DNA of 64,000 nucleotides from a virus (taxonomy: Duplodnaviria; Caudoviricetes). A program made the translations under genes and the position numbers. Under the pieces are notes generated by a model. The model did no database searches. It was not told the origin of the DNA and worked only from the letters and a program-made list of their open reading frames with translations. Positions 8,664-17,294 of this stretch are shown one piece after another; the first letter of the stretch is position 1; the number at the start of each line of letters is the position of its first letter. The stretch lies in the IMG/VR virus record IMGVR_UViG_3300011443_000015, positions 2,274-66,273 of that record; one strand, 5' to 3'.

Positions 8664-9731
8664 TCACGACCTCATCGACATAATTACGTTGAGAAAACTT
8701 GATCCGTCCGTCACCAGCAACGGCGACCTTGCGTCCTTTAAATCTAGCACAACCTGCTGCCCCTCCGCTACCTCTAAAAAGTCCAGCAGATACTGCCCAC
8801 TCAAGGTCACGCGCATCGGCTCGCCGGCATAGTCCGCCGCGACCGTCTCCTGTGCGTCCCCGACCTCCTGGCTGCTCGAGGAGACCGAGAGCATGTCGGC
8901 ATCAAGGTCGAACACCATCGACTGATTCTCAGGCGCCACCATCGCCACGCGACGCACCGCCGAGGCGAGGGCTGCACGGCCGACCGTGGCCCGACGATCG
9001 TTGTTGCGCGGGATGATGCTCTGATAGGCGGGAAACTTGCCGGCGAGCATCCGCGAGAACAGCATTCGATGACCGACGCTGAAGAAGAGATGTCGCTCGT
9101 CCTGCGAAAAGACCATCTCGCCGCCCGCGAAGAGGCCCATCAGCATGTCCAGGGCCTTGGTCGGCAGCAGCACCGAGGTGGCCGCGCCCGCCTGCGACAT
9201 GGTCGCGAGGGAGAGCCGCTTGCCGTCCGTGGCAACAAGGCCGCACACGTTGTCGGCGACGCTAAGCAGCGCGCCCTTGATGACGAAGTTCGAACCCTTG
9301 TCGGTGATGGCGTAGCGGACGCGCTTGATCATCTGTTGCAGGGCGGCGGTTGAGAAGGATGTCGGCTCCCCTGCGACCTCGGGGGCCTGGGGGAAGTCGT
9401 CAGGTGGAAGCGTCTGCAACCGCGAGCGGAACTGGCCGGAGAGGATGTGCACGTGCTTCGCGTCGGTGACAATCTGCACGTCCGTATCCGGCAGTTGCTC
9501 GACGAGGTCCAACAGACGCTTCGCGGGCAGCGTGATCACGCCGGGCTCGTCGATCTGTGCCTGACAGCCGGTGCTGAAGCCGACCTCGAGGTCGGAGGCA
9601 AAGAGGTGCAGGTGGTCGTCTGCACGCAGCAGGACGTTCATCAGGATCGGCAGCGGCGGCTTGACGGCGGCGACCTGGTTGATGAGACGAAGTTCTTGGA
9701 CGAGGGTCGTGCTGTTGACGGTGATGTTCAT
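8664..9731 (-). CDS. dnaN: DNA polymerase III beta sliding clamp homolog
   Basis: 355 aa; PILMNVLL, ASDLEV, ATDGKRL, GKFPAYQSIIP motifs. Confidence 0.92.
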   Translation of the reverse strand: MNITVNSTTLVQELRLINQVAAVKPPLPILMNVLLRADDHLHLFASDLEVGFSTGCQAQIDEPGVITLPAKRLLDLVEQLPDTDVQIVTDAKHVHILSGQFRSRLQTLPPDDFPQAPEVAGEPTSFSTAALQQMIKRVRYAITDKGSNFVIKGALLSVADNVCGLVATDGKRLSLATMSQAGAATSVLLPTKALDMLMGLFAGGEMVFSQDERHLFFSVGHRMLFSRMLAGKFPAYQSIIPRNNDRRATVGRAALASAVRRVAMVAPENQSMVFDLDADMLSVSSSSQEVGDAQETVAADYAGEPMRVTLSGQYLLDFLEVAEGQQVVLDLKDARSPLLVTDGSSFLNVIMSMRS

Positions 9732-10120
9732 ATGCCGTGTGCTTTCCTAATCTGTTCAACCAACCACCGATGATCGAAGCCCGCGCACCAGGCTTCGGGC
9801 AGCACGTCCCATGTCGTGCGCTCTAAGATGTGACGCGGGTGCACAATCACTGTGCGCTCGAGGCCCTTGCGTTCCTGCCACAACACATAGCGGCAATGTC
9901 CGCCGTTGACCGCGATGCGCGTGCAGAGCAGTGCCTGGTTGTCCGGCGAGTCGAAGTCCGGCGTTGCGTGCTTGCACTCCCAGTTCGTCTGCCGCCCTGC
10001 GCCAACGATCGAGCGGTCGGGGGCGCCTGCCGTCGCGTAGCGGAGGACGTAGAAGTTCGGACACTGACGCGCCAGCTCCTTCGTCAGGGCGGACTTGAGC
10101 TCCCCCTCGCGCTTAGACAT
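9728..10120 (-). CDS. VRR-NUC-like (PD-(D/E)xK) nuclease
   Basis: GAPDR...WECK motif; start reassigned to MSKREGELK. Confidence 0.65.
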   Translation of the reverse strand: MSKREGELKSALTKELARQCPNFYVLRYATAGAPDRSIVGAGRQTNWECKHATPDFDSPDNQALLCTRIAVNGGHCRYVLWQERKGLERTVIVHPRHILERTTWDVLPEAWCAGFDHRWLVEQIRKAHGI

Positions 10121-10334
10121 CTCTCTTCCGTTTCTTTCTACGTGCGTCAAACCCGCTCCTCCAGGCATCCCTACGACACGCAATGAGCGCCGCGTAGACC
10201 CCCTGCGTTCGAACAATGTCCATATATCGCTGAAGGACACGATCCTGTCGAACCTTGCCACTCACGAGGCCGCCCTCGCGGCCGATGACCGCACGCTGCT
10301 CGCGTGTGAAGGGGTGGTTCGTGCCCTTAGGCAT
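10113..10334 (-). CDS. Small basic protein with GREGG (KGG-like) motif
   Basis: REQRAVIGREGG; basic tail; TAATG coupling. Confidence 0.5.
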   Translation of the reverse strand: MPKGTNHPFTREQRAVIGREGGLVSGKVRQDRVLQRYMDIVRTQGVYAALIACRRDAWRSGFDARRKKRKRDV

Positions 10335-10353
10335 TACTTCGTGCCGCGTGGCA

Positions 10354-13300
10354 TTACTTCGCCTCTGCCCACGTCGCCCCCTCGGCGCACTCCCACAGAA
10401 TCGGTACCTTCAGTTGCGAGAAAGACTGTCTATTTAAAATCTCCGACACCCGCGCCAACGTCTCTGGCTCCTGCGCATCCCCCGCCACCGAGTCGTGAAT
10501 CGTTAGCCGCATCAGGAACCCCGTCGTCCTGCGCTCGGCGTGCAACTCCACGAGCTTGCGCTTCATAACATCGGCCGCGCTACCTTGAATTACTCGGTTC
10601 AAGGCTTTATAGGTTTTCCAGTTCTTCGGGAAACGCGAACGCCGTCCGAGCAGCGTGCGCACGTATCCTCGATGCGGAAGGTCTGCATGCAGTTGTCGGA
10701 TACGGTCTGCATGCTTCCCCTGCTTTTTGCAGTCTTGATCACAGACGGACTTCGCGAGATGCGAGGCCCGGGCCTGCAGATGGTCGACCTCCGGCATCAC
10801 TTGTTCGTAGATCCTTTGGATAGCCTTGGCCGGTGCAAGAAGGGGATCGTCCCACTTACGCGCGTTGTTCGGATCGCTCTGGATCTCCGCATACTGCTGC
10901 TTCGTGATGAACTCCATCATCAGCGCCAGCTTTGAGAGGCCCCCGCCGTACATCTTCATAAAGTTCATGGACTTCTGCCACGTGTACTTCATGTCGGGTT
11001 TGTGGACCTTCATCAGCGCCCACATGAACTTATGAAACGACATCCCAGGGTCCGCCTGATAGGCAGCGAGGACCTTCGGATTGTTGGCAAAGTGGGCAAA
11101 AATGCGGTACTCGATCTGCGCTGCGTCCGCGTTCAGATACTGCCCGCGCGCTGCCTTGAAGAGACGCCTCGGATAGAGATCCTCACCGAACGTCGCAAAG
11201 TGGTTGTCATGGTTCGGCACCTGCTGCACATACCCAATAGAGAACCGCCCGCTGACCGTCCCGCCATCATCCCCGCGAAGCTGGTTGATGTCGTAGTACA
11301 GCACCCCATCCGGCCCGATCTGCTTCTTGTACGCCGCGAACGTCTTGCTGTCCAGCGACGCGAGCTGCGCCGCGAGGTGGCCCTTCTTGATCAGCGGATG
11401 ATCGATTGCCCCGATGACATCCTCCGCGTAGCTCTCCGAGGGCGTCAGATGGCAGTACTCAAACATCCGCTGCCACCCCGCCGCCGTGTGCTCGAAGGCG
11501 AAGCCGACCTCGTTCGAGATCTCGTGAATCAGGGCATCGTGCCGCGTCGTGCACTCCGTGTGGTACTGCTCGAGCAGCTCGAGGTCGAGCGGCGACCCGT
11601 TCTTCTCCATCTCGACAACGGGATAGATCACCTCGTCCTCGAGCTGCCGCACGCCCTGCAGCTCCTGCGCGTCAAGCTCCGGCCACATCTTCTCGCGCAG
11701 CTGCGCGACGAGCTGGGCCTGATACTCGGCGCGTGCCGCGACCTCACCGGCGTGGTAGCCCGCCATGTTGCGCTCGTCGACACGCGGGACCTCGATGCCG
11801 CCGAGGTAGTCCTTCGCGAGCACATCGAGGGCAAACTTCTTGCGGTGATCGTCGAGCAGCGCCGCGTAGTGCATCACGTCGCTGACGGTGTTACCCTGCT
11901 CCTCGAGGTCGATGCCCCAGACGCGCGACATGTGCACGTCGAAGCGCGTGTTCACGTTCGTGATGTGCTTGCCCCGCAACTCGCGTCGCGCCCACTCCCT
12001 GACCTGCTCCTCGTCGAGGTTGCCGCCGGCAAAGCCGAAGGGCAGAAAGCACTTCAGCCCGCCGTCCAGGGTGCCGACGGTCACGCCGATCGGGCGGTCG
12101 CCGTGCACCCAGTCGAGGCCGTTGGTCTCGAAGTTGAGAACGATGTTGTCGATGCCGTCGAGCGACGGCGGGGTCTGCGCCTGCCAGTCGGGTGTCGCCG
12201 CTAGCGGCCGCGTGCCGAGAAAGTCCGCTAGCGAGCTGCCGACAGGTGAGGCGACCTCGACCCTGGGCAGCGGGCCGGGAAGCTCGACCGTAGCCAGCCC
12301 GAAGGCGAGTGCCGAGGGCGCCTCGGATGCCGCGCCTGAGGCCGCTGTTGGCCGTGTTTGGGGCGATTCCGGCCGGGCCGGGCGGATAGCCGAGTCCGTT
12401 GGGCGGGCCGCCTCCGGGCCGCCTGCCGCCGGGCCGCCTGCCGCGATGGCCTGCGCGGCCAGCTTCGGGTCACCCTTGCAGAAAATCAGCACATTCTGGT
12501 GCGTCTTCCCGAGCTTGCGCGACGTCTCGAACTGCTTCGTCACGCGAATCGGCAGCGAGCCGACGGACGTGATGAGGATCGCCTCGTTGTAGAGCGCCGC
12601 GCCCGCGCCCATGAACGACGCGCAGGTCAGCGGCACGAAGCCGCGATACAGACCCGTCTGCTTGTCGCGGTACTCACCGACCACGAAGCAGGCAAACCGG
12701 TTCGGCTTCAGCCGCGCGAGACCATTCTTGATGATTGACATGTACATCTTGACGAAGCCATTCCAGGTCATCGCCGAGAGGTCGTTCGGGTCGTCGCTGT
12801 ACTGCTCCAGATCACCATAGGGCGGGCAGGAGAACAGAAAGTCCGCCTCGGGTGCCTCGGCCAGCTTCAGGTTGCTGTCGCCGACGGCCCACTGAATGTC
12901 AGCGTCGGGGGCAATGAGCTCGCGTTGCGCCTCGTTGGCGGCGATTTGCTCGGGGCGGAGGTCGATGCCGTGATACTTGAAGCCGAGGAGGCCGGCGACG
13001 ATGCCGCGCACGCTACCGCCCGCGAATGGGTCGACGATCTGACCACCTGGTGGGCAGAACCAGCGGTAGCAGAGTTCGGTGAGGACGGGGTCGAAGATCG
13101 AGGTGCCAGAGCCCTTGTTGTCCTCCTGCTGCCAGCCATTCTCGGGTGACGCACCGAGACCCATACCAAATGTCTTACCGAACCGAGCTTCTCGTTTCTC
13201 CGGATCAGGCTCCAGCAGCGTATCCGACAGCTTCAGCAGGTTCTCACCGCGCCCCACCTCCGACTGGATGCCCATCGACAACCACGCCCGCTTCCGCTCC

Positions 13301-13551
13301 TGCCACGGCCCCTCGCGCGCGTTCAGCACCGTGAAGGGCGGGAAGTCGAAGCGCTCGCGGAGCTTGCCTGAGGCGTCTTGCTTGATCTCGTTACCAAAAA
13401 GGTCACTACCGAGCAGGTGAAACGGCTTCGCGCCACTGAAGTACTTGCTATTCGGCCCGCCGCCACCGCCGGGCTCCGCAGCCTTCGCGCGTGCGCGCGC
13501 TTCGTCGTCGAGACCGACGAAGCGGTCAGTCTGTTTGTCGAAGTCAGTCAT
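10354..13551 (-). CDS. Fusion: amino-DNA-methyltransferase plus family A DNA polymerase
   Basis: N-part DPFAGGS (SAM motif I) and FSCPPY (motif IV); ~80 aa Ala/Pro linker; degenerate 3'-5' exonuclease domain; PolA motifs TVSGRFS, DAAQIEYR (A), KSMNFMKMYG (B), IHDS (C); start ATG 13551 overlaps the PLP gene stop. Confidence 0.88.
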   Translation of the reverse strand: MTDFDKQTDRFVGLDDEARARAKAAEPGGGGGPNSKYFSGAKPFHLLGSDLFGNEIKQDASGKLRERFDFPPFTVLNAREGPWQERKRAWLSMGIQSEVGRGENLLKLSDTLLEPDPEKREARFGKTFGMGLGASPENGWQQEDNKGSGTSIFDPVLTELCYRWFCPPGGQIVDPFAGGSVRGIVAGLLGFKYHGIDLRPEQIAANEAQRELIAPDADIQWAVGDSNLKLAEAPEADFLFSCPPYGDLEQYSDDPNDLSAMTWNGFVKMYMSIIKNGLARLKPNRFACFVVGEYRDKQTGLYRGFVPLTCASFMGAGAALYNEAILITSVGSLPIRVTKQFETSRKLGKTHQNVLIFCKGDPKLAAQAIAAGGPAAGGPEAARPTDSAIRPARPESPQTRPTAASGAASEAPSALAFGLATVELPGPLPRVEVASPVGSSLADFLGTRPLAATPDWQAQTPPSLDGIDNIVLNFETNGLDWVHGDRPIGVTVGTLDGGLKCFLPFGFAGGNLDEEQVREWARRELRGKHITNVNTRFDVHMSRVWGIDLEEQGNTVSDVMHYAALLDDHRKKFALDVLAKDYLGGIEVPRVDERNMAGYHAGEVAARAEYQAQLVAQLREKMWPELDAQELQGVRQLEDEVIYPVVEMEKNGSPLDLELLEQYHTECTTRHDALIHEISNEVGFAFEHTAAGWQRMFEYCHLTPSESYAEDVIGAIDHPLIKKGHLAAQLASLDSKTFAAYKKQIGPDGVLYYDINQLRGDDGGTVSGRFSIGYVQQVPNHDNHFATFGEDLYPRRLFKAARGQYLNADAAQIEYRIFAHFANNPKVLAAYQADPGMSFHKFMWALMKVHKPDMKYTWQKSMNFMKMYGGGLSKLALMMEFITKQQYAEIQSDPNNARKWDDPLLAPAKAIQRIYEQVMPEVDHLQARASHLAKSVCDQDCKKQGKHADRIRQLHADLPHRGYVRTLLGRRSRFPKNWKTYKALNRVIQGSAADVMKRKLVELHAERRTTGFLMRLTIHDSVAGDAQEPETLARVSEILNRQSFSQLKVPILWECAEGATWAEAK

Positions 13552-14240
13552 CAGCTCCCTACGTTCCAAAAAAGAGCATCGGGCGACGCGTGCTGCTTCA
13601 TGATACTCCAGCACTTCGCGTCATAATGCCCGCACGACGGAAACGGCGGCTGAACCCATGCATTCTCCTCGTACTTCTCCGGCGCCGTCCACACCCGCGC
13701 CCTGCCAGCATCGGGCACCGCCCCGATGCGCACGACGTTGAACGCTGCTTCGGGCCACGCCAACTGCAACGCCCGCGTCAGGCACCCGCTGCCGGCGACC
13801 GACCACACCTCCTGAGGGGGCCGTATCGGCAGTCGCCGTGCGACCTCCGCCAGCGCCTCGACAAATGCTGGACAATCGAGGCCGAAGGGCAGCAGCTTCG
13901 CACCCTGCAGCGCACAGTATTCACGCGCCCGTGCCTTCACCACATTCAGATAACCGTGCGGCACCTCGTAGATCGACGCGCCCGCCTTCCAGGCCTGCTC
14001 CGTCAGGGGATACATGACCTTCCGCTTCGCGCAGAAGATCGTCGCGCGCTTGCCGTGGTCGCAAGCCGCGTAAGCGAGGGCGAGCTGCGCGTAGCCGTAG
14101 ACGGGGCTCGGGTAAACGTATTCCGTGTGCGTGTCGAAGAGCACGTGGATGGCACGGCGCTTCGTGCCGCCGAGGAGCAGGTCGTCGCGGACGACTTGGA
14201 AGCCGTCGTGCTCGGCGATGGTGGGATCAGGCAGCGTCAT
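13551..14240 (-). CDS. PLP-dependent enzyme, fold type II (ACC deaminase/D-Cys desulfhydrase-like)
   Basis: VVRDDL..GGTKRR (PLP Lys), VAGSG phosphate loop, YDAK. Confidence 0.8.
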   Translation of the reverse strand: MTLPDPTIAEHDGFQVVRDDLLLGGTKRRAIHVLFDTHTEYVYPSPVYGYAQLALAYAACDHGKRATIFCAKRKVMYPLTEQAWKAGASIYEVPHGYLNVVKARAREYCALQGAKLLPFGLDCPAFVEALAEVARRLPIRPPQEVWSVAGSGCLTRALQLAWPEAAFNVVRIGAVPDAGRARVWTAPEKYEENAWVQPPFPSCGHYDAKCWSIMKQHASPDALFWNVGS

Positions 14241-14730
14241 GTGTCTGGCTCTGACGGAGCTGAAGCTCTTTCATACCATCAAGGCGACGTTTCGCAAAGT
14301 AAACGCCAACTCGTTTCTTTTCTGTCTTCTTGTAATTCCTGTCTTTTCGTGACGCTAACGGCGATCGTTGTGCCTGCCAGCCGACCATCGTAGCGATGCC
14401 CTCTCCTAACCAAAGGCGAGCCGCTTTCGGAAGTTGCTTTTTGTCAAACTTGAGTAACATTTCAAAAGCCTTACCGGAGCACCGATAAAAGAAGCGCACA
14501 CCACGATCTGAAAGACGACCGTCAGGCAGCTTTTTCACAGTCGGATCAGTCCATTGAACACCATGACCAGAAACGTCGAAACCCCACGCACCTGGAAAAC
14601 GACGTTTGATTGCCTGTGCAATCATACAGTTTCGTGGATCGCGTCGGCCGTCTACGGCACAAGCTGTTTCATAATCGACAGGTAGGACTTGAAGTTGAAA
14701 CCGTGGTGCGATACACGATGTTTTTGACAT
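14227..14730 (-). CDS. Hypothetical protein (lower GC)
   Basis: GGAGAG SD before MSKTSC; DPRNCMIAQAIKR. Confidence 0.6.
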   Translation of the reverse strand: MSKTSCIAPRFQLQVLPVDYETACAVDGRRDPRNCMIAQAIKRRFPGAWGFDVSGHGVQWTDPTVKKLPDGRLSDRGVRFFYRCSGKAFEMLLKFDKKQLPKAARLWLGEGIATMVGWQAQRSPLASRKDRNYKKTEKKRVGVYFAKRRLDGMKELQLRQSQTHDAA

Positions 14731-14778
14731 AATCTCTCCCTTTCGTGCAGACATATTTAGATACTATCGCCGCGATCT

Positions 14779-15006
14779 TCAGGCAACATATCGCGCCCTG
14801 ACCGCCGCGACGCCGAGCGCAACAAGCGCCTCCGGGTCCTTGCCGATCTCCCGATAAAAGTCCGGCCGCTGCAGCGCCGCCCACCCACGCGTGATCGCCT
14901 CCTTCTGTTCGCCGAGGTGTGGGAACGACGCTGCCAGGCGCAGCGCCTCGCGGGCGTCGTTGTTGGCGAGGGCGGCGAGGATGCGGGTCTGCTTGCTTGG
15001 GGGCAT
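14779..15006 (-). CDS. Hypothetical early protein
   Basis: GGAG SD; amphipathic helical 75 aa. Confidence 0.55.
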   Translation of the reverse strand: MPPSKQTRILAALANNDAREALRLAASFPHLGEQKEAITRGWAALQRPDFYREIGKDPEALVALGVAAVRARYVA

Positions 15007-15029
15007 GGTTGCTACTCCAGACGGAACGC

Positions 15030-15215
15030 TCATGAGGTTCCTCCGATTCGCTGCCGAAGCAGCCTTGCTGCTTCGTTGAGCTCCCGCGTGACCTCTGCGT
15101 ATCGTGCCTTGTGCGCGGGTCGATTCTTCGTCGCGCGGTCTTTCAGCAAGAGCCCGTCACGCTCTGCGCGGAGCCCCTCGATCCTCTCACGAAGTTCGGC
15201 GATGAAGTCCCTCAT
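15030..15215 (-). CDS. Small coiled-coil protein
   Basis: Heptad-like ELRERIEGLRAERDGL. Confidence 0.5.
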   Translation of the reverse strand: MRDFIAELRERIEGLRAERDGLLLKDRATKNRPAHKARYAEVTRELNEAARLLRQRIGGTS

Positions 15216-15219
15216 CTTG

Positions 15220-15324
15220 TTACTCCGGGACGCTGACGTAGCAGGGTTTGCCGCTCGGCAAGTAAACCAAATACAAGGTCGTGCCCTCGGCGGTTGTGAT
15301 CGTCTTTGGAAGTTTCTTTGCCAT
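15220..15324 (-). CDS. 34 aa leaderless early gene
   Basis: MAKKLPKTIT...VPE*; ATG sits at the predicted +1 of the promoter at 15331-15360. Confidence 0.45.
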   Translation of the reverse strand: MAKKLPKTITTAEGTTLYLVYLPSGKPCYVSVPE

Positions 15325-15330
15325 GACGAG

Positions 15331-15360
15331 AGTGTAGCCTAAGATTAAAACGAAAGTCAA
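15331..15360 (-). promoter_or_regulatory. Early promoter
   Basis: TTGACT-N18-TACACT. Confidence 0.7.
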
Positions 15361-15372
15361 CCCCAAAGTCAT

Positions 15373-15411
15373 AAAAATAAGCCCCCGTAACTCAATAGGT
15401 TACAGGGGCTT
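15373..15411 (-). terminator. Rho-independent terminator
   Basis: 13-bp stem AAGCCCCTGTAAC/GTTACGGGGGCTT, 7-nt loop, followed by ATTTTT on the minus strand. Confidence 0.75.
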
Positions 15412-15461
15412 CGAAGTCTAGCCCCACGCGGGCCGGCCGCCTACGGCGACGGCTGCGGGGC

Positions 15462-15962
15462 CTACAGCGCCGGCTGCTCGGCCGACGCCAGCTTGGCCTT
15501 GAGGGCCGCCGTCCGCGCCTCGGCGCGGGCCACGCGCTCGGCCAGGGTCGGCTTCGGGAGCGCGGCGCGCTCTTCCTTGGTCAGCTTCACGCGGGCCACG
15601 CGCTCGGCCTTCTGCTTCGGACCTGCGAGGGCACCGTCCGCGACCTCGATGGTCTGCGCTGCCGTCTTGTTCGGGAAGGCGCTGACGCCGATGCGGATGG
15701 CGATCGCGGCGCCGGTGTAGATGGCCGAGCGTCCGCGCTTGTCGAGCCCCTTGAGGGTGAGTGTCATCTTCTGTTCTCCCGCCGGCGTTGCCGGCGATTG
15801 GGGTGGCTGAATCGCCACGTCTTCGTTCGAGGTAGAGTCTAGTGCTGGAGCCTCGGTCGGGTCAACTACTTTTTCGACGGGAGCCAGGCCAATCTTCGCG
15901 GCGACCGCACGCAGGCGTCCGCCTTTCTTCGGTTGCGGTTTCGCTGTTGCCTTCTTACTCAT
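15462..15962 (-). CDS. Basic Ala/Lys-rich protein
   Basis: GAGGAG SD; a possible second in-frame start at MTLTLKG with GGAGA SD. Confidence 0.55.
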   Translation of the reverse strand: MSKKATAKPQPKKGGRLRAVAAKIGLAPVEKVVDPTEAPALDSTSNEDVAIQPPQSPATPAGEQKMTLTLKGLDKRGRSAIYTGAAIAIRIGVSAFPNKTAAQTIEVADGALAGPKQKAERVARVKLTKEERAALPKPTLAERVARAEARTAALKAKLASAEQPAL

Positions 15963-16009
15963 CTTCACTCCTCGGCGGCGATCCTTGCCGCGCCCTCTGA
16001 ATTAACGTC

Positions 16010-16258
16010 TCAGTACTTCCCCGACCAGAACGCCTCCCGAGCCTCCTCATCCGAGGGAAACACTTGGTCCCCCTCGTCGACCTCGAAGACCTCGTCGGCG
16101 ACGATAATCACCGGCCCCGCCTCCGGGTCGTGCCGCACCTCGTGGCTCGGGCTGAAGCTCATCAACGAGCGGTAGAGGGCCCAGCCCAGACGCTCGCCGA
16201 GGCTATGGCGATAGTTGTCCATCGCCTCCTCGCTGCGGATCTCGTGCAGTTTGGTCAT
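16010..16258 (-). CDS. Hypothetical early protein
   Basis: 82 aa acidic; ATGA coupling. Confidence 0.55.
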   Translation of the reverse strand: MTKLHEIRSEEAMDNYRHSLGERLGWALYRSLMSFSPSHEVRHDPEAGPVIIVADEVFEVDEGDQVFPSDEEAREAFWSGKY

Positions 16259-16410
16259 CGGCGGCGCTCTTCGCGTTCGTCGCGCGGATCGGCGTACTGC
16301 ACACCGTCATCATCGTCCAGCTCGCGTCGTTGTTGCTGCTTTCGCAGAAGATACTCACGATCGCTTTGCTCGACGTCTGCTGCTCGCGCTGCCTTTGAAG
16401 AGGTGCTCAT
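16255..16410 (-). CDS. Hypothetical early protein
   Basis: Charged 51 aa; start uncertain. Confidence 0.45.
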   Translation of the reverse strand: MSTSSKAARAADVEQSDREYLLRKQQQRRELDDDDGVQYADPRDEREERRR

Positions 16411-16462
16411 GAGTGTCGTCATTTTAGAATCTCCTGAACGTTGCAAGCAAGAAGAGCCGCCG

Positions 16463-16663
16463 CTACCGGTTGACCGACACAAACCCCTGCCCCACCGCCG
16501 CCCGCACCTGCGCGCTGAGGTGCTTGCGCAGGGTGTAGCGGTTGCGGAAGGTGCGCACGGTCGCCTTCGGGGCCCGCGAGCCCCTCACGAGGCGGGTCAC
16601 AACACTCTGGCCGACGACCTCGAGGATCAGGGCCTTGCGGGGCGTAGCGAAGATGCGGGTCAT
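16463..16663 (-). CDS. Hypothetical early protein
   Basis: AAGGAG SD before MTRIF; downstream of a promoter. Confidence 0.5.
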   Translation of the reverse strand: MTRIFATPRKALILEVVGQSVVTRLVRGSRAPKATVRTFRNRYTLRKHLSAQVRAAVGQGFVSVNR

Positions 16664-16710
16664 GGCTTCAATCTCCTTCGTTCGGCGGTGCATCATTGCA
16701 CCGTTTTTAA

Positions 16711-16740
16711 AGTGTACGCTAACGCACACCGAAAGGTCAA
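16711..16740 (-). promoter_or_regulatory. Early promoter
   Basis: TTGACC-N18-TACACT; contains the ACGCTAACG motif. Confidence 0.7.
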
Positions 16741-17294
16741 CCCCTTTTCACCACCCCAGATTTTCTGAACCGGTCGAGGCAGGCGGCGACCGCCCCGCTG
16801 CTATACCCCGGGCAGGCAGTGGCTACGACCTTCGTCGCCGAGCCCGGCTGCGCGGCCAGGAAGGCGACGACCGCCTGCTTCAACGAGCCCGGCTCGCAGG
16901 CCGGCGAGGAGATGAGATGCCAGCCGCCCGAAGGTGCAGGGGCGGCTGCGACTTCCTGCCGAGCGGCGGCCAGCTCCCGCTCCGCCGCCGCCAGCTCCTC
17001 ACGCAACGATGATTGCGTATCCTGCTCCCTACGCACCGCCGCGAGCTCGCGCTCCGCTGCAGCCAGCTCTATCTCCGTCTTCGCTCGCTCGAGGTCCTCG
17101 ACGATCTCGACGTAGCTGTTCGCGCCGATCGACGTGCCCCGCACCGTGGCGTCGAACTCCTGGTCGCCGAGGACGACGTGCCGCTTGGCGAGGGGCACGA
17201 TGTAGGCGCGGCTGACGTTGACGTGCTCGACGCGCCAGAGCATGCGGTCGTAGCGGATGATCTGCTGCGGTTTGAGCGGGCCTTGGGCGATCAT
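16737..17294 (-). CDS. Coiled-coil protein with C-terminal winged-HTH-like domain
   Basis: Start MIAQG coupled to the upstream stop; AAAERELAA repeats; KQAVVAFL...LDRFRKSGVVKR. Confidence 0.6.
   Translation of the reverse strand: MIAQGPLKPQQIIRYDRMLWRVEHVNVSRAYIVPLAKRHVVLGDQEFDATVRGTSIGANSYVEIVEDLERAKTEIELAAAERELAAVRREQDTQSSLREELAAAERELAAARQEVAAAPAPSGGWHLISSPACEPGSLKQAVVAFLAAQPGSATKVVATACPGYSSGAVAACLDRFRKSGVVKRG

Noticed and set aside
4004-12470. Inteins in the helicase insertion or the MTase-Pol linker
   Set aside because: No N-terminal C/S block, no C-terminal HN-C/S/T and no endonuclease motifs; segments are too short
14270-14295. TTTACT resembling the early promoters, upstream of the PLP gene
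   Set aside because: No acceptable -10 at a normal spacing
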